Source: Raillietiella orientalis (Eukaryota). From it: a stretch of 64,000 nt of DNA. The notes beneath the pieces are model-generated. The model was not told where the DNA came from and did no database searches. It saw only the letters and a list, made by a program, of their open reading frames with translations. The stretch is from positions 682,001 to 746,000 of the forward strand of contig JAYWIR010000023.1 of assembly GCA_036172245.1 (NCBI GenBank), in the 5' to 3' direction. Positions within the stretch are counted from its first letter, which is position 1, and every line of letters starts with the position of its first letter. Positions 37,852 through 49,427 of the stretch are shown here, one piece after another. The position numbers and the translations under genes were made by a program.

Positions 37852-39110
37852 TATGAAGAACTATCCTTCTTCAAATATGAAGAACCTTCGTGAGTTTCTT
37901 CATATTTCGAACGGTTTTTTCGCTTATGCAATTTGAGTATTCCTCAAAGATCTGCACGCTTGTATGCGTCGTCTAGAGTAAGCAAGAAAGAAAAGATGCT
38001 AGTAGCCATGCCATGATAGGTCATTTGATCCAGTTTCACAGACTAACAGCCAGACAGATCGACTGTGGAATTTTGACCAAATCCAAGCAATTCTGTTAAA
38101 ATAAAGTCTTTCTTTTCATCTTCTGACCTTTTTCGTCGTTATCTAATTGTTATTTCGTAAGGAAAACCGTAAGACTACGAATTTAAATAAAGATTCGATA
38201 AAGAAGTGAGTCAAAGAAGGTGGATGAGAGTTTAAAAAAACAATGGAATTGAAATCACTGCATTGGGGATGCAGCAATTTCCATTTCCCACACTTCCTGA
38301 TGTACAAAAGGTATGCAGAGCACCAAATCAAGGCACAGCACGGAGTTGTAAAGGATAAGAATTCATGAAAGCCTTACATACAAGGGAAGCATCCAAAGTT
38401 AGCATCTGAAGAAACTAATTAAAGAGACTCTGAAGGATCTGTTGGATGAATCACCAACAGAAATACCGTGTTACCTAGTAGGAACAGCAGCGAACGCGGA
38501 AGCTGAGGGCGCAGGGGGATATGGAGATATCTTTTCTTAAGAACGAAATTTAGTAGGAAAGGAAGGAATCCTTCCAAGAGACATAAATTCAAAACACTTA
38601 CAAGATGTTCCCGTAGGAGCAAGAAAGGGACTGGTGAAAAAACAACGCGTCCGTGCAAAATGCGCATATAGAAGTACTCCGTGCTTCTGGAACACGTTGC
38701 TAAGCAACTTAAACGACAAACCAAAGCTCTCACACATCCCGAAGTTTTGCATTCACGTGTTTCACTATTTCTTGCAATAATCAGAGTAAACTGGAGTTTA
38801 CAGAGAGGATTGTCTCATGATGACATGGATATAGAGGTTTACAGAGAGGATTATATCGTCATGACATGGATCCCTTTTATTTTCACAGTCTCAGTTCTTT
38901 ATTGGTAGCAAGGATGCTGCACAGGAATACAAATACGAATCACTAAATACTAGTGTGCAAGGCACAAGAAGGCCGGAATGAAGATTCCTGTTTGCATCTT
39001 AATTGTAAAGGCGAACCCGCAAGGAAAGCATTTGACCCTCATTTGACGCTTCGCTGACGAAGCCCGTTTTTGAGAAACAGAAAAAACAAAGATCGAAAAT
39101 TCCTACTAAC

Positions 39111-39189
39111 ATTGCAATTTCTCATCAATGTTTCCTCTTGAAGTTACCGATAGCGCCTTTATGAATTCCTCGAATTCAATGGATCCATC
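39111..39189 (-). CDS. NCS1: NCS-1/frequenin gene A exon 5 ([26 protein letters not shown])
   Basis: Acceptor ctttgtAG and donor GTTAGT; 79 nt; completes EF2. Confidence 0.97.
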
Positions 39190-39245
39190 CTACAAAGGGA
39201 AAACAGTATACACATCAAGATTTTGGTGCTCACAGTGGAACTCAC

Positions 39246-39335
39246 TCGGTTTTCATCGAACACTTTGAACACTAATGATGCGAATTTGGTGGGGTCCCCC
39301 TGAGGGAAAAACTGCTTGTAGATTTTTATGAATCC
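39246..39335 (-). CDS. NCS1: NCS-1/frequenin gene A exon 4 ([30 protein letters not shown])
   Basis: Acceptor ttttccAG and donor GTGAG; 90 nt. Confidence 0.97.
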
Positions 39336-39386
39336 CTGGAAAACTCGAAAGGTCCAGACACTGAACATGCTGAACTTTTTACTCAC

Positions 39387-39435
39387 GTCTTCGGTGAGCT
39401 TCCCGTCCGGACAGTCTTTCTTGAAGCCTTTGTAC
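39387..39435 (-). CDS. NCS1: NCS-1/frequenin gene A exon 3 ([16 protein letters not shown])
   Basis: Acceptor ctttgaAG and donor GTGAGT; 49 nt; non-binding EF1 motif KDCP. Confidence 0.95.
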
Positions 39436-39481
39436 CTTCAAAGAACGGTGAATCCTGATTCCCAATCCTGGTCCCCCTTAC

Positions 39482-39506
39482 CATTGCTTGATCTCCTTCT
39501 CCGAGA
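39482..39506 (-). CDS. NCS1: NCS-1/frequenin gene A exon 2, 25-nt microexon (FSEKEIKQW)
   Basis: Acceptor taatgcAG and donor GTAAG; links the phase-1 end of exon 1 to the phase-2 start of exon 3. Confidence 0.95.
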
Positions 39507-40099
39507 CTGCATTAAACGAGAACGAGAATTAGACCGAGGTGCACGAACCTCAAGAAACAGATTTTCACAATCGAACTTCTACGAGCGAAATGAAGTGAAT
39601 GCAGAAGTTTCGCTGTTCTAGAAAACACTTCTACACTAATGGCAGGCAACAGAAAATGATTTCCAGGAACACGTTCGGCCAGCAGGCACGGAATGCCGTT
39701 CCCTGATGACGGAGCGGAGAAGCTTTGAACGGAACACGCGAGAAGAACGCAAATTCGGGATTCGATTTCCCTCTCGAAAGATCACTCCTGTCTTTACTCG
39801 CGTTTGGAACAGTGCAGTAGCGACAGTGTACTCGGTATACATCACCATTTGCAGAACCTTGGCAAGGGGGCGACTTTCGCGTTTTAACGACAGCACCCGA
39901 TGCTCACAGATCAGTGAGATCAGTCGGCATTTCCAGGCACACGGATAGGTAGATTAGCAAAACGAACACACAGAGACGAAAGATTGAGAGATCTTCCTGT
40001 GGACTTATGATGGAAGGATACGAATAACCGACTCAATTATCATAGGTACTGAACGAGGAGTGGTCTATTCAACGGGCAGAAAACTCGAAGCAACTCCAG

Positions 40100-40950
40100 A
40101 GGAAACACGTCGCAATGGTGACCAGACAACAGCGGCGTGAATCGATCAAAGCACAATTCGAAGTGTATAGGAACACTCACATGTGCTGCTATCTATACAA
40201 AGTTTTATGGAAGATGTTGCTGTCCAGGAGTCACATTGCCTTTACAAATTGTATCGTCCACAAAGATGGTTCTCAATATTGACTTCTTTCCGACAGTTAT
40301 CGGCAATCTGCAAACAGCTCGGATTATTTATGGGTCTCTTGCACCGATCATCTTCAAGAAGTGGGCTTGTGCTGGTGTGAAAACCTTCAAGCTGGCACAA
40401 AAATGGTCTCTTCATCAGTGTTGGTACTCTCATTTCACGAGGACTTCGTAACTGCTCTTGTCTCATTTCATGAGAACTCAAGGACATCGCAGGACTAAGG
40501 TCAGAACGAAGCAAACTCAAATCTCCAGTCTCTCCTTTCCTTGGTTTGCATCCGATTTCAGTCACCATCGCTTTAGAAGGAGCGCTCTCTGGAAAATCTC
40601 GGATAACCACTAGAAGAATCGAAGGAATCAGCGGCATAATGTGGAATTTGGTCACCACGCAAAGCTCACACAAGTTCACACCCATAAGGTTCTTCGTCAG
40701 CAGCTTCTTCTAACTGTGTTTCCAGGGATGCGATGGCAAAGACGGCTTTCGTCTTTTCCAGTATTTTGGGTGATTTGATCATGATTGCACTGACACTTGG
40801 TGCTCACAGCAAAAGTCAGGGCATAAGAGGCGCTTCGACAGATCGACCAAGGTGTTCGATTCAGACTCAGGTTATTGCCGTCGAGCAGCAGAATGGAGAG
40901 CAAATAGAGGTCAGCTGACTCGCAGGCAGGAAGGAAGCCACTCGGCAGCT
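40100..40950 (-). mobile_element. Degenerate LINE reverse transcriptase (CR1/L2/jockey-like)
   Basis: Ordered relics NLCELCV, RDFPESAPS, SLLRSDLSPAMSLSSHE (resembles LDLSKAFDxVxH) and TIFVDDT (resembles FADD). Confidence 0.55.
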
Positions 40951-43499
40951 ATGATGGTGGACCACGGCTGAAGCGTGAGCGTGGTCTCGGCATCGCTCAC
41001 GCCCAAACGGAAGCTGAAGGTGATGCAAAACAAACCGCCAGTATGATAAGACAAAAGAGGTGCTGAGAGGAAACTCAAAGCGCTGATTCTCCAGAAAAAG
41101 TTCGAGTTCCTTTTGGATTTCCTTCTGAGACGTCAACTTGCATCTCATCTTCTCTTAAAAACAGGTCTCTTGAACACAAATCTTAGAAGGACGTTCTATC
41201 TAGAGGGTTCTATCTAGAGTTGAGCGATAGACAAATTTCTCAGCTAACCAACTCTGTCTTGCTCTCGTGTCTAAGGAACTGTTGGCAGCAGGGACACACC
41301 TAAGCGAAGTGACTCTTAAGACCACCCATCCAGTTAGCTTCGCATTAACATCGCACAGACAAGATAGTGGTGCCGTTAGTGCACCCAGTTCCTCAGCTTT
41401 CGTGTCTGCCTCGCCTTCCGAGGAATCTGGGCAAGCGGCCGCGGGGATGGTGTGTCACTTTCTCTAGAAAGAGTTTTGCAGCCGAAGAGGCTCTGAGCTG
41501 CTTGTCGTATGGATTTCGATTCCCTTCTGGAAAATCTCGATCCAGAATGGAATTTTTTTCCTTTTGGAGGAAACTGCTCGTTCGCCGGGTCTTTACGGAG
41601 GAGCAAAGACACTCCTCACCCCCCATCCACCATACCAAGGCAACCAGCGAGCGTGTCGGGTCGCTTCCCAGAATTTCATTGCCGAATGACTCGTGGGGGT
41701 GATGTGTAGAGGCAGGCTCTACAGACACACCTTCAGAGGATCTTTCAAGAGTCCTTCGTTGGGACCACGGGCGCGCGGCCCGGGGTACGTTTGTTCGGAA
41801 CATTTCTGGATTTGCAGCCACGTGAGTGCAAATCTTCAACAGTCGGCATTTCGAGAAACAGTTGGGTGTCCCTTAATCAATTGCGAAACCAGGAATTTGG
41901 CGTGAGTTTCGACGACTAACGCGCCAGCTCCTGGCTGTTAATTTTTTGCTTTCCCGTTGATCTCAGAGAAGGTGGATCATAAAATGCGCTTTCTTTGCGG
42001 CAAACTTTTTAAGTGCGTAACGAATGAGATCGCAAAAGCTCCATCGGCAACTTCTCCCTCTCCTCCTCTCTCCCTCCCCCCTTCTCTCTCTGTGTGTGTG
42101 TCTGCGTGTTTTTCTAGCCCACACGATGAGTGAAACCCGTGGTCTGGGGAGAATGACTCGGGCGATGCTTTTGGGACTGGCAAAGACATCTTCAAGAGTT
42201 CCAGGATCGCCGAGAACACCACTGAGTAGATTCATTTCATTCGGGTGCTTGGACGTGACTGATGCTCGGGAAAAAAGTGCCTTCCAGAACGTGTGTAAAA
42301 AGTTCCTTTTGATGTTGCTGAAGCGCGGCAGCTTGCGTTCAGGAGGAGGGAGGCGCAACAGGTATTTTTCAAGGGAAACCTCTTTCACTGTGGCGTTCGG
42401 AGTTCCCAGCTAGGTGGCAATTCGAAACGAAGTGCAGATTTACGGTCGGGAGTCCTCCCTCTTCAACGGTTACTCCCATCTCCCAGCGAACGAATGAGCA
42501 TACGTCACGGAGGACAGAGAGGCGGTGGCTTCCTTTCCTCAGCTTCGGAAGTCGTCGCCTCCCCTTCGCGAACCAGAAGCGAATTTGCGTCGGAAAGCTG
42601 GAAGAAAGATCGCATTGGGATCGCATTCGCTCTGCTTCACATCTGGCTGATTTGATCCCAGGTCTCGGAATTCCGTTTTATCCTTCCGCGCGATCCAGAG
42701 CTCTCCCCATCTTTTCGTTTCTATTTTCAGGATCTCTCGAGTTGAGACGCCGCAACAAGTTTACTTTCGGCGGCAGCGATCATTGAGGGTATGAAAGCAA
42801 GCAGAGCGAGACTCTGCTGGAGCTCAAATGGAACCGCATCATCAGATCAAAATAAACATCTTCCAGAAAAACATCCCTAAATGAGAAGGTGCTTTCCGAA
42901 GTTCGTGGCTTGCTGAGAAAAGCTTCTCGCGTGAAATTGGTTGCATACAGGAATCTAAGAGATACCGTTTGGAAGGAAGAATGGCAATGACAGTAACGGG
43001 ACAACCTGAAGATTCCCACAGATGAAAAAAACCTCAAGAATCATCTGATAAGGTGAAAGAGAATACAATAAGAAATCGATGGTGGGCAATTTTTGTTTTT
43101 ATTGCTATTTTTTCATCCTGAAAGAAGGTTAAGAAATCTTTTTGTTTTCAACAGCCCGAAGATGAAAGATCGTAAACATTTGATCTCTTGTGAGATGTCT
43201 GTGGTAGACCACTTCAACAGTAGATTCTCTGGCATTTCAAAATTCTTTTTTTTTTTTTTGAAATACCGAAGATCGCTTCCATATCCGGCAGCACTGTTCT
43301 CAACGAGAACTTCCAGAAATACGTCCAAAACCATAGTTTCCTCAAGATACGCAGACGAACCGTTTGACGAATGCGTTCCACAAAAGAGAACTGTCCATTG
43401 GCCACGTTTATCTCAAAATCATCCACCTAGTATCCGCTTTTCTTTTAATGTCGTCTAGTAAGAGGGACCACGTGAATTCGATCTTCGATCTCCCGATAC

Positions 43500-46400
43500 A
43501 TGGATCGAAGCTTGCAGCACATATGTACGTACGTGTGTGTACACAACACACAGCACTACCATAGACCACGATCCGCATCAAATAACGGTCCAAAATCTCG
43601 GAGCCCCACTCCCACGTGCTTGAGGAACTGCCTCTCATCTCGTGGAGCAAGCCCAAGGAGACGAGTCCGAGCGAAAGAAACCGCTCCGCTGGTTGCAATG
43701 AGCAGCAACAGCAGCCTTCTTCTTGGCAAATCTCCGGAACATGGGCGCGGGGTGTCGTCGGACCCTCTCTCTGCTGACCAACTGGAAGTCCCTTCCGTGG
43801 GGCGCGACCTTCCAGATGCCCGCAAGGGAAAGGACCGCTCCTTGGGAGCCTGCGGTAGCAGAAGGTGAGCTCGAAGTCGCCTGGGGGAGCTGGCGAGGGG
43901 CACTCGCCCTTCCCACCCCACTCTCCGTTGCTGTGGGAGACAGCCTGTGCCTTCTCTTCCTCTTCCGACTCTCTGGAGCAGGGAGATTTGGGCGTCTCAG
44001 CCCGTGCGGAGCGTAAACCAGCTCCGGACCGAAAGTCCTCGAACCCACCGAGGCGTTCCCCAGGATTCCCAGCATGGCCAACTCAGAAGAAAGATAGACG
44101 GATGCCGCTGCTTGCTGACTTGCAGGCAGCTCCAATGAGGCAGGAAACGTTGCTTTCGGAACCCGGGATATTCGCCGAACGCCCAGGGGCTCAGGAAATT
44201 CGCTGCTCATCTTAATCTCTTCCGTTCACCATCAGCTAATCCGACTCCCGAGTGGAAAGCGAGCCGGCTTTCCATTCTCCAGGGAATCTCCTGCTTCTAG
44301 CAGGAAGGCTGACTTGAGGGCTCTTCGTAGCAACTCCGTGCAGTCAGTTGCCCTGAGAGTGACTCGGACGTGCTCGGGCCGGCAGGTGCGTGCAATAAAG
44401 GAAAGAGCTGGCTCTGAGAACAGATTGCCTGGATTCAAGAAGACTTTTGCGGATCTCAAAATAATTTCCTCCTCTCCTTTCTTCTTACTTTCATCCTTTT
44501 TTTTTGTTTTCTTTCTGTTTTTTTTTTTTAAAAAAGATACAAAAAAACAAAACAGGAGCACTGGCGGATGTTTTTGAGAATTCCAGCTCGCTTCCATAAC
44601 TCCATTGTAGATAGACCATTGCATCAGGTTCCCTTGAAGTTTCTGGGAAGACGGAATCAAGATTCGGCAACAGCTGAAGAGGGACAGTGCATCTGCAGCC
44701 AGGAAGCTGCATAATCGGAGATCCAGGATGCATCCAGGATCTCTCAGAGGAAGAGAACAGCGACAGATTAAAGCACCCGAGGCGAGACGCTTGCAGGAGA
44801 AACGGCGCGATCCAATCCGTAAAGATTCCTGTTATTTTCAAGGAGCAAAGGGGAGAGAGAGAGAAAGGGGAAGCTCGAACAGCGGCTCCGGTGGATGCTG
44901 CAGATGCGATCTTGCTATGAAGGAAAGGAGCGCGTATTCCAAGGGATCTGAGAGAGATATTGACTTTGCGAGCTGGGATTGTTCTTGGAGAGGACAATTT
45001 GAACCTCCCCTACCCCTGTCCTGTTTGGCGCGGAGGACGTCACCTCTTCGCCTCTGGCAGATCCGACGTGGAGACATCCTCCGTCATTCCGGGGCCGAGA
45101 GCTCCATCTTTGCAAACGTTCCCCTGAAGCAGGGGTTTCCTAGGGATTCTCCGCCAAAACGCTGTGGAGATGGGAACGGCGGGCACTCCCTGGCTTCTCA
45201 AGAATGGTGGGAGTCGCGAGGCTACTACCGTGGACGGAGGAGGCGAGCAGAAGTTTTCCCTGCGACACCGGGATCGATCTCGTCCGTCCGCGGTGCGTCA
45301 ACCAACTCCGGACCGAAGGTCCGCGAACCCACCGAGAGTTCCCCAGGATTCCATTCCTTTCATCTCTCCGGAGAGCGAGGGACCGGAGAGTCCTCAGAAT
45401 CCTTCTCCACCTGAGGGATGCCGAGGCGCATCCCTCAGGATCCATCTTGAGCCCCTAAGGCTTCGCCGGAGGTGGGATCCAATCCCGGAGGAGTCTCAAC
45501 GGAGGTCCAAGGGTCGTCTCGCGGCGTTCTCCCCTCTTCGGAGGTGGACGCAGCCATCTCTGAGGTCGTTCCCTTGTGGTGCTGCTCCCGGTAGAAGCTC
45601 GGCGGACGGATGGGGATGTCGACGGAAGAAGGAGGAAGGGAGGCAACGTCTCCGGGAGCGACTGGGAGGAGAGGGAGATGCGGCAACCCTGCAGAAGACC
45701 GGCGCTCGTATGCAGAGACTTCCGTCCCTGAGGGGACAGAGGAAAAGCGAAAGTCGTACGGCTAGAGCTTCCGGGTTTCAGCGGGTGGATGGAGGAACTA
45801 TCCGTGGAGATGCCCTCTCGCCTCCGGGAGCTCACATCTTCCCAGATGGTCCAGTGCTCAGCTCACACGAACAGAGGAAGAAAGGTTAGACGATCGCTGG
45901 AACCGCCCCTTCCCGTCAGAGCCTCGAGGCGCGGTCTTGGAATGTGGACATTCGCTTTGGTCTCCTTGGGAACGCGCCGTTCTCTTGTCACAACCGAGCG
46001 GCTCCAGCCGGGCTGCCGAGGGTCCGCTGTCCGTCGCCAGTTTCTGAGGAAACCTCCGCAAGGTTTCGGAGAGGGGTGGAGAGGACCATAGAGAGGGAAT
46101 GGAGACCCAAGAGACGCCCATTCTCACTCTCCCAGCCATCGCCGTCACTGTCTCGGGCATCTTCGCATGCGAAGATCGAAATGCCGCTCCTGCATCCTAA
46201 GAGCGTGAACCGCTCCATCTTTGCCTCATCTCCTGTGATCTTCTGGCTCCGCTCCTTCTCTTCAGAGCCACAGAAACTCTTCTGTCGCGTTCCCAGGTCG
46301 TCCCCGGCTGTCCCTCTTCCTTCCCTGCCAGCTTCGGGATCCAAAGGTGGAGGCTCTCCTGCTCCGTGATGCAGTTCATCAAGAGCAATGCCCCGAGTCC

Positions 46401-46750
46401 GGGTAGCAGCGGGGAACTCCCTCGAGCATGGCCAGGGGCAGAGGTCCGCGCGCCCTCGATAGGGAGTCCGGGAAGACCCCCTTTGCCTTCCCTTCCGTGG
46501 GGTGCAATCTCCCGGACGTCCGCAAGGGAAAGGACCGCTCCTTGAGAGCCTGCGGCAGCAGAAGGTGCTCTCAAAGTCGCCTGGGGGCGCTGAGGAGGGG
46601 CATCCTGTACTTCTCACCCCACTCTCCGTTGCTGCGGGAGATCACCTGCGCCTTCCCTTCCTCCGACTTTCTGAGGGAGGGAGGATTTGAGGCTCCTCAG
46701 TCTGTGCGGAGCTCCAAGTCCGGAGGCGCTAATGCTGAATTTCCCTTCCT
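43500..46750 (-). mobile_element. Several diverged partial copies of one LINE ORF2 family (direct repeats ~43790-44070, ~45290-45355, ~46490-46715)
   Basis: Shared blocks such as ccgcaagggaaaggaccgctccttg and ctccggaccgaa..gaacccaccgag..ttccccaggattcc. The minus-strand translation KAQVIS...EHLLLPQALKERSFP resembles the LINE pre-RT linker. The repeats are certain; the family assignment is tentative. Confidence 0.5.
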
Positions 46751-48400
46751 CCCTCCTTTCTCCCCACTGCGGTTGCCACTGGGATTCCCGCTGTTCCGGC
46801 TCCAGCCTGGAGTCTCGGAAACAGCGATCGCAGAGGTGAGGGGTGGTATCGACCAAGGGATACTCTCCGGAGAGAACCGGGACGAGTTTTCGCAGAAAAA
46901 AGGAGGCCAGGGAGGGGGAGAAGGCAGGAAGGGCGAGCCCCCTCGTCCCAGGAGTCGTGAATGCCTCGAACACGCCTGGGGGACTCTGTCCGCGACCACT
47001 GCGACTGCGAAAGTTCCAGCAGAGGCAGCCAACCTCTCGAACACGGAGAGGAAGGTGAGGAATTCCGAAGGAGTGCTTGGCAGGTGCGGGAGTGGAGCTT
47101 GCCTCTGCGCTCCCTTGAGGGCGCCTGGAACGCCGTCCCGCCGGCTGACTCTCCTTTCGGCACCCTTACACCCGCAGCGTCTCCGCGGAGACGCTTCTGG
47201 AGAGACCCCTTTCCTTGGAGGGGGAGGGTGGCAGGGGTTCCTTCGTGAAGGGTGGAGAGGAGAGGGGGGGTTCTTCTCGCCCCCATCTCCCCTCCCCATC
47301 CCTCTCCTTTTTCCTCTCTTCGTGAACCCGGAACGCTCTCCGGAGAGCGCATCTCTTGGGAATCCGCGAACCCCCTTCCTTTGTGATTGGAGTACGGAAC
47401 GGGACTCTCTGCTTCTCCCCTCTCCCCTGTGTATCTGCGGCCCAAGTGACGGCGAAGAGAGTCGGGCCTTCTCAGTCTCCCCTCTGGACCCGCACCGCCG
47501 ACGCTGCTGTTGTCGGAGGCGTCCCTTGCAGTCTCCTGCCGGAGGATGAGACCTCCTTTCCTCCTTTCTCCCGGAAATAACCACCCCATGGGAAGCCCTG
47601 AGAGGGAAGAGGGAGGAGGGGATACTTCCTCCGTGGGAGCCGTCGCCCCATTTCCGTGGTCTCCTCGGTCGGCGCCGGAGAGGAGGCGAAAGGAAGGGAA
47701 GAGGGAGAGAGGGGGAACAGGGGGAGAGGGAGTTCAGGCTCGTGGTCCTTGAGGAGGACCCTGAGGGTGTCTTCCCTTCTCTGGAGAAGGGGAGGATCTG
47801 CGGGGCACCTGGACGCGTCCTCCGTCCCCTCCGTCCCCTCTCTCCCCATTTTCCCTCTTCCTGTTTTTTTTTGTTCCCGTTCTCTGGGTATCCGGAGACG
47901 GTCAGCCCGTGGGAAAAAGGGGGGAGGGGAAAGGGGGCGGAGGCATCCTCTTTCCCTCCTCGTCCCCCTCCGCTTTGTGTCCGGTCATGCACCTCGCTTC
48001 TCCCTCCCTCCCCTTCTCCCAGTCCTGTTCCCCTCCTTTTTTTTGCTTCTTCGCTCGGGGAGCTCCGCACTGCCGTTCCCCCCCCTCTCCCTTCGGCGTC
48101 TCCCCCACGCCGCTTCCCGTCCAGCAAGGCGGAAGGAGCCCCTCAGAGAAGAGAAGGTGGAGTGTCGAGGGGAGCCACCTCTCGCTAAGGGCCTCGCGAT
48201 GCCATAGGCGGGAAGAGCCCCCTTCCCCTTCCTCCCCCTCACGTCCGAGCGTGGGATAGCGGCGGGCGCTTTCGAGGTGCCCCCCGCAGGTGCCGCAGGA
48301 GTCGCTCGCTGACCATCCCGTCTCGTCTGCCATCCCCGGCGTTCCCCACCACCCTCCGGCGGTCGGCGGACTCCGGGCGCGGGCCCACCCGGTGACTTAC

Positions 48401-48464
48401 AGTAGGTCTGCTGCTTGAGCCGGTCCATCGTCTCGGCGTCCATCTTGGAGTTCTTCTTCCCCAT
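48401..48464 (-). CDS. NCS1: NCS-1/frequenin gene A first coding exon (MGKKNSKMDAETMDRLKQQTY)
   Basis: Kozak context gccATGG, MGxxxSK myristoylation motif, donor T|GTAAGT at 48400; 64 nt. Confidence 0.97.
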
Positions 48465-48940
48465 GGCAACGGTGGTGGCGCGCGCCACTCCGCGATCAGC
48501 TGCTACTGCCGGCGAGCGCGCCAAAGCTCATCCCCTCCCTTCCCTGCAGGGAAGGGGGGCAGGCGGGGTGAGGGGGAAGGGGCTCCTCTGCTCTCGTCTC
48601 AGGAACGGGGGACGGGGGAGAAGGAGGGGGAGGAGGAGGAGGAAGGGGGGGAGAGGGTGGAGAGGAGGAACGAAGCCGCTAGGGTGGAGAAGGACGAAAA
48701 GGGAGGGGCGGGGGGCGTCGGCGTCGACGACGATCCGGAGGAACCAGGGCAGGGGGCGGACGGGCGAGTGGTCGTCCGGTGGGACGCGCTTCCTCTCGCG
48801 GGGACAGCCGCGACGAGGAGGAGGGGGAGGAGAAGGATCCGACGGGCGAAAGGGCGCGCGTCCTCCGCCGCCTGGAGCGCAGGTTCCCGGAGTGGGCTGG
48901 GCTCTGCACAGACGGGCGCCCGCTGCCGCCGCCGCACGCC

Positions 48941-48946
48941 TAAATA
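48941..48946 (-). promoter_or_regulatory. TATA-like element (TATTTA), candidate proximal promoter of gene A
   Basis: Isolated AT-rich word in GC-rich sequence between gene B's poly(A) signal and gene A's ATG. Confidence 0.3.
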
Positions 48947-49153
48947 TCGACGGGCGCGCCGGCAGCCGGGGGCGCTCGCGCACGCGCGGAGATGTCAGGC
49001 TCGGTCGCGCCGCCGCCGCCGCATCCGCGAGAGCTTGAGCGTGGCACACGCCCTTGACCCCTCCCCTTCCACCTTCTCGCGCGCCCGCGCCCACCCGCTC
49101 CCACCCTTCCCTTCCTTCCCTTGCAGCCTCCTCCCTTCTGCTCCATCCGCCTT

Positions 49154-49159
49154 TTTAAT
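49154..49159 (-). terminator. Candidate ATTAAA polyadenylation signal of gene B
   Basis: tttaat on +, ~105 nt after the gene B stop; the only such hexamer noticed in the intergenic segment. Confidence 0.5.
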
Positions 49160-49262
49160 ACTCCAGAACAGCGGGGCGCCGCCGGTCCGGCGGGAAGGCC
49201 AGGCGGGCACGGCGGGACGGGCGCGGTAGGAGTCGCCGCTTCCTCCTCCCCTCTCCGGGGGA

Positions 49263-49427
49263 TCAGTAGTCGTCCAGGGACAGCGCCTGCACGATCCTGG
49301 GGTCTGCCTTGCTTCCTTCCTTGAACTCCTCCAGGCTCAGCCGGTGGTCCCGGTTGACGTCCATCTGGCTGAAGATCTGGTCCACTCGCCTCTGGGGGGC
49401 GTCTTCCTCCTCGGGATGGTGCTGACC
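49263..49427 (-). CDS. NCS1: NCS-1/frequenin paralogue B terminal exon ([54 protein letters not shown]), EF-hand 4
   Basis: Acceptor tcctttgtAG at 49428-49429 and TGA at 49263-49265; 165 nt; homologous to gene A exon 7. Absent from the ORF track in this frame. Confidence 0.93.
   Translation of the reverse strand, partial: GQHHPEEEDAPQRRVDQIFSQMDVNRDHRLSLEEFKEGSKADPRIVQALSLDDY

Larger units (their letters stand above)
17745..48464 (-). other. NCS1: Span of complete frequenin/NCS-1 gene A (7 coding exons, 567 nt, 188 aa): [188 protein letters not shown]
   Basis: Exons of 64+25+49+90+79+89+171 nt splice via GT-AG introns into one open frame. Myristoylation start, cryptic EF1 (KDCP) and EF2-EF4 are present; very close to Drosophila Frq. 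Confidence 0.97.
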
